NCBI GenBank assembly: GCA_024695235.1
Contig: JAILIP010000002.1
Span: 7,093 to 71,092 of the forward strand
Direction of reading: 5' to 3'
Source of the DNA: Bacilli bacterium
GTDB taxonomy: Bacteria > Bacillota_I > Bacilli_A > RFN20 > CAG-826
DNA: 64,000 bases
Shown: piece after piece, positions 8,807 to 18,411 of the stretch
Numbering within the stretch: position 1 is the first letter of the stretch
How the letters are laid out: every line of letters begins with the position of its first letter
Position numbers and translations under genes: made by a program
Notes under the pieces: generated by a model
Databases searched by the model: none
Told to the model about the DNA's origin: nothing
What the model saw: the letters and a program-made list of their open reading frames with translations, nothing else

Positions 8807-9094
8807 ATGAAAAAGTACGAAGTAATGTACATCCTAAAAGCTGATCTCGAAGAAGAAGCTAGAAAGGCTGAAATTGAGAAGCTTCACGCCATTCTTACAA
8901 GCAATGGTGGTCAAGTCACAAATGTGAATGAATGGGGACTTAGAAACTTTGCATATCCAATCAATGATATGCTCAAAGGCTACTATGTCGTCATCAAAGT
9001 CACAACTGATGAAGTTGCTCTTAAAGAGTTTGTTCGCTTAGCAAAGATCAACCAAAACGTTGTCCGTCACTTAATCACAGTCGATAAAGACTAA
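8807..9094 (+). CDS. rpsF: 30S ribosomal protein S6
   Basis: MKKYEVMYILKADLEEE...; the start was moved from the ORF-track ATG at 8777 to the ATG preceded by the GGGAGG RBS. Confidence 0.9.
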   Translation: MKKYEVMYILKADLEEEARKAEIEKLHAILTSNGGQVTNVNEWGLRNFAYPINDMLKGYYVVIKVTTDEVALKEFVRLAKINQNVVRHLITVDKD

Positions 9095-9109
9095 TAGGAG
9101 GATTAAATT

Positions 9110-9529
9110 ATGATGAACAGAATCGTTGTCGTTGGTAGACTTACCCGCGACCCAGAACTAAGAAGAACCGCAAGCGATGTCGCTGTCTGCTCATTCTGCG
9201 TAGCAGTTGATGATCGTGAAAAAGATGCAAACGGAAACAGAACCACATCTTTCATTGATGTAACAGTATGGAGAGAAGCAGCAGATAATGTTGCTAAATT
9301 CTGCCGTAAAGGTTCACTCGTTGGAGTTGATGGAAGACTCCGTCAACGCCGCTTTGAAAGAAAAGATGGTACAAAAGGCTCCACATTTGAAATCGTTGCA
9401 GACAGTGTTCAATTCCTTGAACCAAAATCAAAAGATACTCCAAGTGAAATTGTGAGTGATGAACCTGCATTCGATGACAGCAAGAACTTAGATTCTATTG
9501 ATGTCACAGATGATGACCTTCCATTCTAA
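9110..9529 (+). CDS. ssb: single-stranded DNA-binding protein
   Basis: [18 protein letters not shown]-fold N-terminus, acidic DDDLPF tail; sits between rpsF and rpsR. Confidence 0.9.
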   Translation: MMNRIVVVGRLTRDPELRRTASDVAVCSFCVAVDDREKDANGNRTTSFIDVTVWREAADNVAKFCRKGSLVGVDGRLRQRRFERKDGTKGSTFEIVADSVQFLEPKSKDTPSEIVSDEPAFDDSKNLDSIDVTDDDLPF

Positions 9530-9546
9530 AAGAAAGGAATAAGAAA

Positions 9547-9774
9547 ATGGGATACAAAAAAATTAGACCACATAAAAAGGTTTGCTACTTTACCAAAAAT
9601 AAAGTCAAATATATCGACTACAAGGATGTTGAATTATTATCAAAATTCATCACCCCAACAGGTAAGATAGCTTCACGTCATAGCACCGGAACATGCGCTA
9701 AATATCAAAGAGAGCTTGCAAAAGCTATCAAGAACGCACGTTTCATGGGCTTATTACCATACGTTCAAGACTAA
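9547..9774 (+). CDS. rpsR: 30S ribosomal protein S18
   Basis: [29 protein letters not shown] typical of S18. Confidence 0.9.
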   Translation: MGYKKIRPHKKVCYFTKNKVKYIDYKDVELLSKFITPTGKIASRHSTGTCAKYQRELAKAIKNARFMGLLPYVQD

Positions 9775-9790
9775 TTATGTGTTAAAAATA

Positions 9791-9817
9791 AGTCGTCCAT
9801 CATGGGCGACTTTTTTG
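9791..9817 (+). terminator. rho-independent terminator after rpsR
   Basis: agtcgtccatcatgggcgact hairpin followed by TTTTTT. Confidence 0.75.
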
Positions 9818-9892
9818 TTTATTTAACATTGTTCTTAAACCTAAAATATAATTCGGTATATAATACATTTATAATTCCAAAGGAGATCAATA

Positions 9893-10813
9893 ATGAAACA
9901 TTTAATTGTTGTTAATGGTAGTGCTGGTAGTTACACACCAGAATTCGAAGCCAAAATCGCTGAAGCTTTTAAAGATTTAGACTTTGAAATTTATAAAACT
10001 ACAGGTCCAAAAAGTGTCATCCCATTCTTAAAAGAATATCTCAAGAAAGCAAAAGACACCGTCCGTGTTTATGCTTGTGGTGGTGATGGTACAATCCATG
10101 AAGTCGTCAATGGTGTCATTGGCTTTAAAAATGCTGAAGTCGCTATTGTCGCTACAGGTACCGGTAATGACTTTGTCAAAATCTATGGCGGCAAAGAAAA
10201 ATTCCAAGATTTTGCTAGCTTAATTAAAGGCAAAGCTCATCCAATCGATGTCTCTGAACTTACCGGAGAAGGTGTTGAAGGATCAATGTATAGCGTTAAT
10301 GTCATTAACTTTGGTTTTGATGCGATCGTTGGAGCAATGGGCAACTACTATAAAGAACATGGTTTACCAGAAGGCACCAAAGAAGGTACAAACCCATATG
10401 ATTATGCTTTAAAGCATGACGCTATGAAACATGGTCGTTTCAACGATATTGAAGTATTCGCTGATGGTGAAAAACTCAATGAGAAACAAATGCTTCTTGC
10501 CACGCTTGCTCAAGGTCAATTCGTTGGTGGCCAATTCAAATGCGCTCCAAAGAGTGATAATACCGATGGTCTCATCGATGTCTGTGTTCTTAAGACTATG
10601 ACATTCCTTGGCTTAGGCATGATTATTGGAACATATACCAAAGGCAAACACCTTGATAAGCCACGTAAGAAAATCGTCTATCGTAGAGCAAAGGAAATTA
10701 AGTTCTGCTCACCAAAAGACTTCGATGTCTGTGTTGATGGCGAAATGATCAAAGGAAACAACTTCACAGTTAAAGTTGTTCCAGGCGCAGTCAATCTCGT
10801 CTTACCTGAATAA
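9893..10813 (+). CDS. DagK/YegS-family lipid kinase
   Basis: GGDGTIHEVVNG catalytic motif of the diacylglycerol-kinase catalytic domain. Confidence 0.75.
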   Translation: MKHLIVVNGSAGSYTPEFEAKIAEAFKDLDFEIYKTTGPKSVIPFLKEYLKKAKDTVRVYACGGDGTIHEVVNGVIGFKNAEVAIVATGTGNDFVKIYGGKEKFQDFASLIKGKAHPIDVSELTGEGVEGSMYSVNVINFGFDAIVGAMGNYYKEHGLPEGTKEGTNPYDYALKHDAMKHGRFNDIEVFADGEKLNEKQMLLATLAQGQFVGGQFKCAPKSDNTDGLIDVCVLKTMTFLGLGMIIGTYTKGKHLDKPRKKIVYRRAKEIKFCSPKDFDVCVDGEMIKGNNFTVKVVPGAVNLVLPE

Positions 10814-10872
10814 ATAATAAGAGACAGCCAGTAGGCTGTTTTCTTTAAATTTTTGTGATACAATCTAGCTAC

Positions 10873-11544
10873 ATGAAAAAGAGTGCAAAATTAGCAATCG
10901 TCATATCTAGTGCAGTAGTATCTGCTTTAGCGTTAGCAGTAGCAATTCCATTCACTGTTTTGGGTATAAAAACCGCTAGCATGAAAGCCGATTATTCATA
11001 CCTCAAAAACGATGAAAAATATTCAGAAAAAGTCGAAGCAAGTGGACTAGACTTAGTAACTCAACACATTTCATGTGGATACGCTACTATAGAGATGCTT
11101 TCTTCATATTATGGAGAGAAAATTGACGAGGATTCTTTGAGTGAAAAAAATCATGGAAAAATTACCACATCATCATCAAAAGGATTTGAAAAAGAAATCA
11201 ATGCTTCCATCCAAAACCAACACTTCGAAATGCATAGCTACCTTCAACATGATGTGATGCTAAAAGAGATATATGTTTCACTCAAAAACAACAACCCAGT
11301 TGCTATTGAATGGGCCGCTAAATATGAGAATGAATGGACACTACATTACTCAGTTGTGAGTGCTCTAGATTTAGTTAATGATAACGTTACAATATTCAAT
11401 CCTTATGGCTACATCGAGAACATCACAATTGATGAATTTGTGAGCAGAACTAGCTTCAAAGCATACAAGAATATTCCAGGGTTTTTAAACTTCGGTTTTG
11501 CCTATGGTGCATTTGATAAAAATGCAATTTTCTACGCAATTTAG
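10873..11544 (+). CDS. membrane-anchored papain-like (C39-like) cysteine peptidase domain protein
   Basis: N-terminal TM; HISCGYATIEMLSSYYG (Cys nucleophile context) and a later His; start set at MKKSAK directly after an extended -10 (TGTGATACAAT), so the mRNA may be leaderless. Confidence 0.4.
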   Translation: MKKSAKLAIVISSAVVSALALAVAIPFTVLGIKTASMKADYSYLKNDEKYSEKVEASGLDLVTQHISCGYATIEMLSSYYGEKIDEDSLSEKNHGKITTSSSKGFEKEINASIQNQHFEMHSYLQHDVMLKEIYVSLKNNNPVAIEWAAKYENEWTLHYSVVSALDLVNDNVTIFNPYGYIENITIDEFVSRTSFKAYKNIPGFLNFGFAYGAFDKNAIFYAI

Positions 11545-11567
11545 TTGAAAAAATTTTTACAAATTAA

Positions 11568-11594
11568 GGATAGCTGTTAGCTATCTTCTTTTCG
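11568..11594 (+). terminator. rho-independent terminator
   Basis: gatagct-gtt-agctatc hairpin followed by a T-run. Confidence 0.6.
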
Positions 11595-11628
11595 TATTAT
11601 ACGCATATGTTGTTATGGAAAAGAATAG

Positions 11629-11958
11629 TTTGACAAAGGTAATAGCGTTTTTGACAATGTCAGAATTGGTTCAAGCCCTACCGAACCAGGTCTTTTCAAT
11701 AAAACCACAACACTTGAAGTTGAAGGTCACTATTGGGTTAAAACTTCTTGGACAGGCGTTCTCCATAGCAACATATTTTCATTTAGTCAGAGTGGCATTG
11801 TCAGACAAATGGATTTAGGTGAAGGTCGTAGCCAATTTTACATTGAAGGTCTTACCACGGGAACTGTAACAGTAACGGCTACTTTGGTAGTAGGCTATGA
11901 TAGACGAATAATCACTGTTACTACAGATCCAATAACAGTAAATCCAAAAAGCAGTTAG
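11629..11958 (+). pseudogene. orphan C-terminal fragment of a Big_2 (bacterial Ig-like) surface protein, no start codon
   Basis: 109-codon open frame straight after the terminator, no ATG/RBS; ...LEVEGHYWVKTSW...GTVTVTATLVVGYDRRIITVTTDPITVN resembles the Big_2 repeats of the 51233..56146 protein. Confidence 0.35.
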
Positions 11959-12037
11959 AACAACCAAATAATTATCGTATAATTCGACAATATATTTTTA
12001 AGTGCAATAATGGTGTTAATCTAAAAGGAGAAAACAT

Positions 12038-12967
12038 ATGAAAGTGAATACTCATATTTATGATGCAATTGGTCATACTCCTCTTTTTGAGTTAGTTAAT
12101 ATCGAAAAAGAATTTGATCTAAAAGCAAAAGTTGTTGCAAAAGTTGAATATTTCAATCCAGGTGGAAGTGTTAAAGATAGAATTGCTTTAGCAATGATTG
12201 AAGATGCTGAAAGAAAAGGTCTTATCAACAAAAACACAACTATCATTGAACCAACAAGTGGAAACACTGGTATTGGTCTATCAATGATTGCTGCCTCAAA
12301 AGGCTACCGTATTATCATTGTCATGCCTGAAACAATGTCCATTGAAAGAAGAAAGCTCATGAAAGCCTATGGAGCAGAACTAGTTCTCACTGAAGGTAGT
12401 AAAGGCATGAAAGGCGCTATTGCTAAAGCAGAAGAACTTTCAAAAGAAATAAAAAATAGTTTCATTCCTTCACAATTCACAAATCCATCTAACCCGGAAG
12501 TTCACTACAAGACAACTGGTCCTGAAATATATGAGGATATAGATGGCAAACTAGATATCTTCGTTGCAGGTGTTGGAACTGGAGGCACTATCTCCGGAAC
12601 CGGCAAATACCTCAAGGAAAGAAAACCATCTATCAAAGTCGTAGCAGTGGAGCCTGAAACATCTCCAGTGCTTTCAAAAGGCACACCTGGTCCACACAAG
12701 ATTCAAGGTATCGGAGCAGGTTTTGTCCCAGACACTCTTGATACATCAATTTATGATGAGATCATCACGATTTCAAACGAAGAAGCATTCGAAATAGGTA
12801 GACTATCTGCTAGAAAAGAAGGATTACTTGTAGGTATATCCTCAGGTGCTGCTCTAGCGGCAGCCATTAGACTCGCTAAAAAAGAAGAAAACAAAGGCAA
12901 AACCATTGTTGTTTTACTTCCAGACACAGGTGAAAGATATCTTTCAACAGCAATGTTTGAGGAATAA
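12038..12967 (+). CDS. cysK: cysteine synthase A (O-acetylserine sulfhydrylase)
   Basis: [11 protein letters not shown] (PLP lysine), [19 protein letters not shown]. Confidence 0.9.
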   Translation: MKVNTHIYDAIGHTPLFELVNIEKEFDLKAKVVAKVEYFNPGGSVKDRIALAMIEDAERKGLINKNTTIIEPTSGNTGIGLSMIAASKGYRIIIVMPETMSIERRKLMKAYGAELVLTEGSKGMKGAIAKAEELSKEIKNSFIPSQFTNPSNPEVHYKTTGPEIYEDIDGKLDIFVAGVGTGGTISGTGKYLKERKPSIKVVAVEPETSPVLSKGTPGPHKIQGIGAGFVPDTLDTSIYDEIITISNEEAFEIGRLSARKEGLLVGISSGAALAAAIRLAKKEENKGKTIVVLLPDTGERYLSTAMFEE

Positions 12968-13238
12968 TCTCCATCAAATCTATGCTTAGTTAAAATAATT
13001 TTATTTTCGCTATCAAAATACTTTTGTTTGAGATACAATTTTATTGTACGAATTATGTGTTATATTGGATTTCAAACATTAACACTCACCAATAAAAACA
13101 CTTTTAATATTGTTTAGACATGTAGAAGCACATGTCTTTATTTTATATTGGTATTTAGTTATCAATTAGAAACGTACGATCTAATTCTTAACTTAATATA
13201 AAAAGTAATAGAAGAAGGAGGAAAAACAAAAAACTAGT

Positions 13239-15779
13239 ATGAAAAAGAAAGTATTATTAGTTCTATTACCAGCCTTAGCAATGGCTCTTGGTAGCTGTAC
13301 TGGCAACTCTTCAGACGCCGCCGATGATGACGATGAAGAAACTAGTCAAGTTACTCCTGGTGGTGATATTGATCCAGCCGAATTTGGTACCAAAGACTCA
13401 CCATTAACAATTGCCCAAGCTAAAGCATTATTAGACAAACTTGATCCAGAAAAAACTGGTGAGACTTATCTTGGACAAAGAGTATATGTTGCAGGTAAAG
13501 TTTCAGCTAATGCTGAAAAAGCAGACGGCAAATATTCATATGCTTATATCGAAGATAAGACAGCTGGCGATTTCTCAATCAACTACTTTGTTTTAGACAG
13601 TGGCATCACAGGCGATTATTCCGCCAAGAACTCCATGAAAGACAAAATGGTTGTCGCGTCAGGTTTTGCATGCATCTTCAAAGATAGCAAGGGCGCATAC
13701 AAATACGAACTTACATCACCAAAAGATAGTGAAGAACAAGCAAAAATCGAATCAATTAGAGATCCAGGTGTATTACCTGATTTCAATCCAGGTACAGAAG
13801 CCGCTCCATTAACAGTTTCTCAAGCTATCGATCAAATTGATAACCACACCGAAGCAAGAACATCCGGCACAGCTGATATGTATATTGCAGGTAAGGTTAA
13901 ATCAAATAACGCTTGGTCAAAAGGAACGGGCTATTCCAACATTGACTTTGTTATTACAGACGGAGCAAAAGATTTCACAGTCTTTAGAGCAACAGAACTT
14001 CCAGGTTATACAACCGAACAAGCAGAAGCTATTGCAGCAAATGCATTAGTTGGAATGGATGCTGTCGTTAAAGCCCCAGCATATTACTATTCAAAGAGTA
14101 GTATTTATGAAACAGCTGCTAACCCAGATGTTTTATCACTTGGATTCCCAGCAGCGACTAGTGTTGAATTCAAACAAGAATCATACGATGCATATATCAA
14201 CGCAGAAGTCGATTTAGATAATCTTGTTAATTTATTACCAGCTGGTTCAGTTGGTACATATGAATTCGACATCCCAGCTGGTGTTGGTTCATTCGATTCA
14301 ACAACAAACGTTTATACAATGCCAAGTTCTGCTCAAGAATTTGATGTTGGTGTTAAACTAACTGGCGCAGCCGAGAATGCTGATACTCTACACTTTGTTG
14401 TTACAGTGCCAGAAGGCGATGCAATCACATCAATCACAGTCTCACCTGCATCACTTACATTCACCGAAGGTGGCGATGCACAAAACTTAACAGCCGTTAC
14501 AGATCCAGTTTCATCTGAATCAAATCATGTTGAATGGGCATTTGTTGAGGGTGAAGACGATGATGTCGTCTCACTAAATTACAGCGCCAACGAAAGAGTT
14601 TGTGTTGTTACCCCACTCAAAGCTGGTACAACCAAAGTTATCGCACGCGTTCAAGAAAATAATGATGTCAAATCTTCACAAATTTCCATCACTGTTAATG
14701 AAGATTTAAGTAAGTATGGTTCATTAGAAAGTCCACTTACCCCTGCACAAGCTTTAAGCCTCATGGCTGAAGAATGTCCAAATAACGATGATGTCACAAA
14801 ACATGTATTCTATGTTCGTGGTGTTGTCACACAAGATCCTACAGACAAAGGTTCATATTGGCAAAACATCTACATTGGAGCAACAGTTGATGCTGCTTCT
14901 GCTGATAGAGTAAGAGCTTATACAGCTAACAAGCCAGCTGGTGTTACCACCTTAATTAAGGGTGATACAGTCACACTCTGTGGTTATGGAACCAAATATT
15001 CTGGTGCATATCAAATGTCCACCAAGAATAGTACCAATGTCACTGTTAACAATATTGCTAGAGGCACATCCACAATTACTGTTACAGGCGATGAGCACGC
15101 AACAGTTACAGGCCTATCTGCAACTGCAGAAAACGCATCTGAACAAACATTTACAGTTACACCTGATAGCGGTTACGAAGTATCTGCAGTCAAAGTCAAT
15201 GGTGAAATAATTACACCAGAAGCAGGCAGCTATTCATTTGTTGTCACAGGCAATATGACAGTTGCCCTCACAATCATTGAAGAAGGTGCAGTTGTTGTTG
15301 ATCCAATTTCATTGACAGCCGAATCTCTTCTTGGATATGACGGTTCAGCCGATGTTGCATATGATACATCATATCAAAACGCAACTGTTGGTGGTGTTGC
15401 ATTTACATACCAACAAATCGGTGCTTACAAGAGCAATCATGCTGGTTTGCAATTCAGAAACAAATTGAATACTTCAGGCAATAACACAAAATCCAATTTA
15501 AACAATACAGTTGAATTTGATAATGCAATCACATCATTAGATTTTACATGGCATTCAACAAAATCAGTGTCTGCTAACTCTAACGTTTTAAAGATTACAT
15601 TTGACACTGTTTCAACCTTTGATAGTGAAGGCAAAGAAGTAATTATGCTTGATACAGTTGCGGATCAAAAAGCATATAATGTTGCACCTACAGGTTCATC
15701 GTTCAAATTTGTGAAGATTGAAATCGATGATGCATTCACATATTCATGCTACTGGGCAAGTATTGTTATTAATTTCTAA
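13239..15779 (+). CDS. surface lipoprotein with three repeats of an about 70-aa domain, a Big_2 domain and a C-terminal beta-rich domain
   Basis: Lipobox LALGSC; repeats DSPLTIAQAKAL.. / AAPLTVSQAIDQ.. / ESPLTPAQALSL..; Big_2-like ITSITVSPASLTFTEGGDAQNLTAVTDP. Confidence 0.6.
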   Translation: MKKKVLLVLLPALAMALGSCTGNSSDAADDDDEETSQVTPGGDIDPAEFGTKDSPLTIAQAKALLDKLDPEKTGETYLGQRVYVAGKVSANAEKADGKYSYAYIEDKTAGDFSINYFVLDSGITGDYSAKNSMKDKMVVASGFACIFKDSKGAYKYELTSPKDSEEQAKIESIRDPGVLPDFNPGTEAAPLTVSQAIDQIDNHTEARTSGTADMYIAGKVKSNNAWSKGTGYSNIDFVITDGAKDFTVFRATELPGYTTEQAEAIAANALVGMDAVVKAPAYYYSKSSIYETAANPDVLSLGFPAATSVEFKQESYDAYINAEVDLDNLVNLLPAGSVGTYEFDIPAGVGSFDSTTNVYTMPSSAQEFDVGVKLTGAAENADTLHFVVTVPEGDAITSITVSPASLTFTEGGDAQNLTAVTDPVSSESNHVEWAFVEGEDDDVVSLNYSANERVCVVTPLKAGTTKVIARVQENNDVKSSQISITVNEDLSKYGSLESPLTPAQALSLMAEECPNNDDVTKHVFYVRGVVTQDPTDKGSYWQNIYIGATVDAASADRVRAYTANKPAGVTTLIKGDTVTLCGYGTKYSGAYQMSTKNSTNVTVNNIARGTSTITVTGDEHATVTGLSATAENASEQTFTVTPDSGYEVSAVKVNGEIITPEAGSYSFVVTGNMTVALTIIEEGAVVVDPISLTAESLLGYDGSADVAYDTSYQNATVGGVAFTYQQIGAYKSNHAGLQFRNKLNTSGNNTKSNLNNTVEFDNAITSLDFTWHSTKSVSANSNVLKITFDTVSTFDSEGKEVIMLDTVADQKAYNVAPTGSSFKFVKIEIDDAFTYSCYWASIVINF

Positions 15780-15826
15780 TTATCTGAACTATAAAGATTA
15801 AATGTGTTTTACACAGCCAACTCGGT

Positions 15827-15858
15827 TAATCCGGGTTGGTTTTCTTTATTACTTCTTT
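15827..15858 (+). terminator. rho-independent terminator
   Basis: ccaactcgg-ttaat-ccgggttgg hairpin followed by ttttcttt. Confidence 0.75.
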
Positions 15859-15930
15859 AACATGTTTTTCAAATATTAATCAACTTTGTTAATTATATTT
15901 GGTGACTTTGTTGTATAATAGTAATCACTT

Positions 15931-17949
15931 ATGAGAACGAAACTCAGAAATTTTAGGTTTGTATTCTTTATAACAGCGATGGTAGAACTCGTTGCTATCG
16001 TTCTTTTTGGAGTGTTCTATTACACGAATGTTTTTAACCTAAAAGAGATAATGAATGTATCTGTTTTATACATCATTCTTTCTGTGTTTATCGTTTTAGA
16101 TATCATTTTCACATGGATAGCATCTTTAATTTTCGCGCGCATCCGTAGACAAAGTGATTTACACGCGGCAGATTTAATAGGTGCAGATATTCAAGAAGCA
16201 TATAACTTTGGTCTAATTGGTTTAGCAATTGTTGATGAAAACAACACTGTTATTTGGACCAATGATTTATTCAAAGAAAGACAAATTGATATTCTTGATA
16301 CCAATATTCTTGAATGGCAACCAAAATTAAAAGAGTTTGAATCATCTGCCAGTGATGCAGTTGTTAAACTTGTTATCAATTCACGTCACTATGAAGTTAA
16401 GTATCTTTCAAATGCCGGACTATATATCTTCAAAGATAATACCGAATATGAAAATACATATGACTTTTCAAAAAGACAAGCCACTGTCGTGGGTATTATC
16501 ATGATTGATAACTACTCTGATTTAAGTGGTACAACAGATGACTCTAACGATATTATCTCCAAAATCAGAAATATCATCTTTGAATACGTCAAAAGATTCA
16601 ACGTTTTAGTTCGTAGATATCGTAATGATGCCTACTATGTCATTTGTAACCATGAATCACTTCAGCAAATGGAAGATGATAAGTTCTCATTAATTGAACA
16701 AATCCATAAGATTGGTGAAAAACAAGAAACACCTCCAACTCTTTCTATTGGTTTAGCTCACGGATTCCCAGATGTAGTTAAGCTAAACGAAATGGCTGAA
16801 AATGCGATTGATATTGCTATGAGCCGTGGTGGTGACCAAGTTGTTGTCTCTAAATATGGTGAAGAACTTCAATTCTATGGCGGTAAGTTCGAAGCCCAAG
16901 AAAATAGAAACAAAGTTAAAGTCCGTGTTATGGCAGACTCTGTCATTTCCCTTATCCGCAACTCATCTAACGTTGTTATCATGGGTCACACAGATATGGA
17001 TATGGACGCTCTTGGATCATGTTTAGGTATGAAAGCCTTATGTGAACACTGCCGTAAACCATCAGTGGTCGTATATGATCAAAAAGATGCTGAAAGAAAA
17101 ACTAGAGGTGCTGTTACAGCTTCCTTCTCAAGAGAAGAAGTCGCAAAGATCACAGTATCTCCAAATGATGCTTTAGATTTAATTAAGTCAAACACCCTTG
17201 TTGTCGTGTGTGATGTTCATAGACCATCCCTCACCACAAATCCAAAGGTACTTGATAAGGCTACCAAGGTTATGGTCATTGATCACCATAGAAGAAGTGA
17301 AGAATTTATTGATTCACCTGTCTTTAGCTATGTTGAACCAAGTGCTTCATCTGCTTCTGAAATGGTCGCAGAACTTATTCATTACTGTTCTGAAAACCCA
17401 AGAGTTAATATTCCAAGTAGCTATGCTACTATCATGCTTTCAGGTATATTTATGGACACTAACTACTTCAAGAGTAAAACTTGTGGTATTCGTACATTTG
17501 AAGCCAGCATGATTCTAAAAGAATTCGGCGCAGATAACTCAACTGCTGATGACTTCTTGAAAGATGAATTCGAAGAATACACTCTTATTACAAGAATTAT
17601 TTCTACTCTTAAGACTCCATATTATGGAATCGTATATTGTCTAGCAGATGAAGATGACATCATTGAAGCTGCAACATTAGCTAAAGTTGGCAATCAATGT
17701 ATGCAAATGAGAGGCGTTAATGCTGCCTTTGTCATTGGTAAGACTGGTGAAAAAGAAGTTCGTGTTTCTTGTAGAAGTGATGGATCAGTTAACGTCCAAC
17801 TTCTTGCAGAACAACTTAACGGAGGAGGACACTTCACCTCTGCAGCAGGTTCTTTTAAGAACACTACTATTGCTAGAGTAGAATCCCGCCTCCTTGAAGT
17901 ATTAAATGAATATTTAAATGATGCAAAGACATCTAAGGAAGAAAAGTAG
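15931..17949 (+). CDS. gdpP: cyclic-di-AMP phosphodiesterase GdpP (TM-PAS-degenerate GGDEF-DHH-DHHA1)
   Basis: Two N-terminal TM helices, DHH domain (GHTDMDMDALGS), DHHA1 GGGH motif (LNGGGHFTSAAGS); conserved position immediately upstream of rplI-dnaB. Confidence 0.85.
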   Translation: MRTKLRNFRFVFFITAMVELVAIVLFGVFYYTNVFNLKEIMNVSVLYIILSVFIVLDIIFTWIASLIFARIRRQSDLHAADLIGADIQEAYNFGLIGLAIVDENNTVIWTNDLFKERQIDILDTNILEWQPKLKEFESSASDAVVKLVINSRHYEVKYLSNAGLYIFKDNTEYENTYDFSKRQATVVGIIMIDNYSDLSGTTDDSNDIISKIRNIIFEYVKRFNVLVRRYRNDAYYVICNHESLQQMEDDKFSLIEQIHKIGEKQETPPTLSIGLAHGFPDVVKLNEMAENAIDIAMSRGGDQVVVSKYGEELQFYGGKFEAQENRNKVKVRVMADSVISLIRNSSNVVIMGHTDMDMDALGSCLGMKALCEHCRKPSVVVYDQKDAERKTRGAVTASFSREEVAKITVSPNDALDLIKSNTLVVVCDVHRPSLTTNPKVLDKATKVMVIDHHRRSEEFIDSPVFSYVEPSASSASEMVAELIHYCSENPRVNIPSSYATIMLSGIFMDTNYFKSKTCGIRTFEASMILKEFGADNSTADDFLKDEFEEYTLITRIISTLKTPYYGIVYCLADEDDIIEAATLAKVGNQCMQMRGVNAAFVIGKTGEKEVRVSCRSDGSVNVQLLAEQLNGGGHFTSAAGSFKNTTIARVESRLLEVLNEYLNDAKTSKEEK

Positions 17950-17957
17950 GTAAGTCT

Positions 17958-18410
17958 ATGAGAGTAATACTATTAAAAGATGTCAAAGGCATCGGTAAGA
18001 AAAACGATATTGTTAATGTTAAAGATGGCTATGCTTCTAACTATTTAATTCCAAATGGTTTAGCAGTCATGGAATCAAAAGGTTCTATAGAAGTTCTTAA
18101 CAAACAAAAAGCAGATAAAGCTAAAAAAGATGCAGATGATAAAGCAAATGCTGAAGTCATTGCAAAGCAACTTGAAAACATCGTCTTAGAGTTTAAGGCC
18201 AATGTTGGAGAAGATGGAAGAATGTTTGGCACCATTTCCAACAAACAAGTTGAAGAAGAACTTAAAAAGACACATAACATCGTTATCGATAAAAGAAAAA
18301 TCATCACCAAAGTTCCAGTAGATAGACTTGGATACACAATTCTAGATATCGAACTATATAAAGGTGTTGTTGGCAAAATTAAAGTGCATGTAAGCGGAAA
18401 GGAGAAGTAA
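17958..18410 (+). CDS. rplI: 50S ribosomal protein L9
   Basis: MRVILLKDVKGIGKKNDIVNVKDGYASNYLIPNGLA. Confidence 0.9.
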   Translation: MRVILLKDVKGIGKKNDIVNVKDGYASNYLIPNGLAVMESKGSIEVLNKQKADKAKKDADDKANAEVIAKQLENIVLEFKANVGEDGRMFGTISNKQVEEELKKTHNIVIDKRKIITKVPVDRLGYTILDIELYKGVVGKIKVHVSGKEK

Positions 18411-18411
18411 A

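Noticed and set aside
13116-13150. Hairpin agacatgt-agaagc-acatgtct plus T-rich tail, about 150 nt after cysK
   Set aside because: It could be the cysK terminator with a long 3' UTR or a tiny sRNA. There is no promoter or further structure to support an independent feature, so it was left unannotated.
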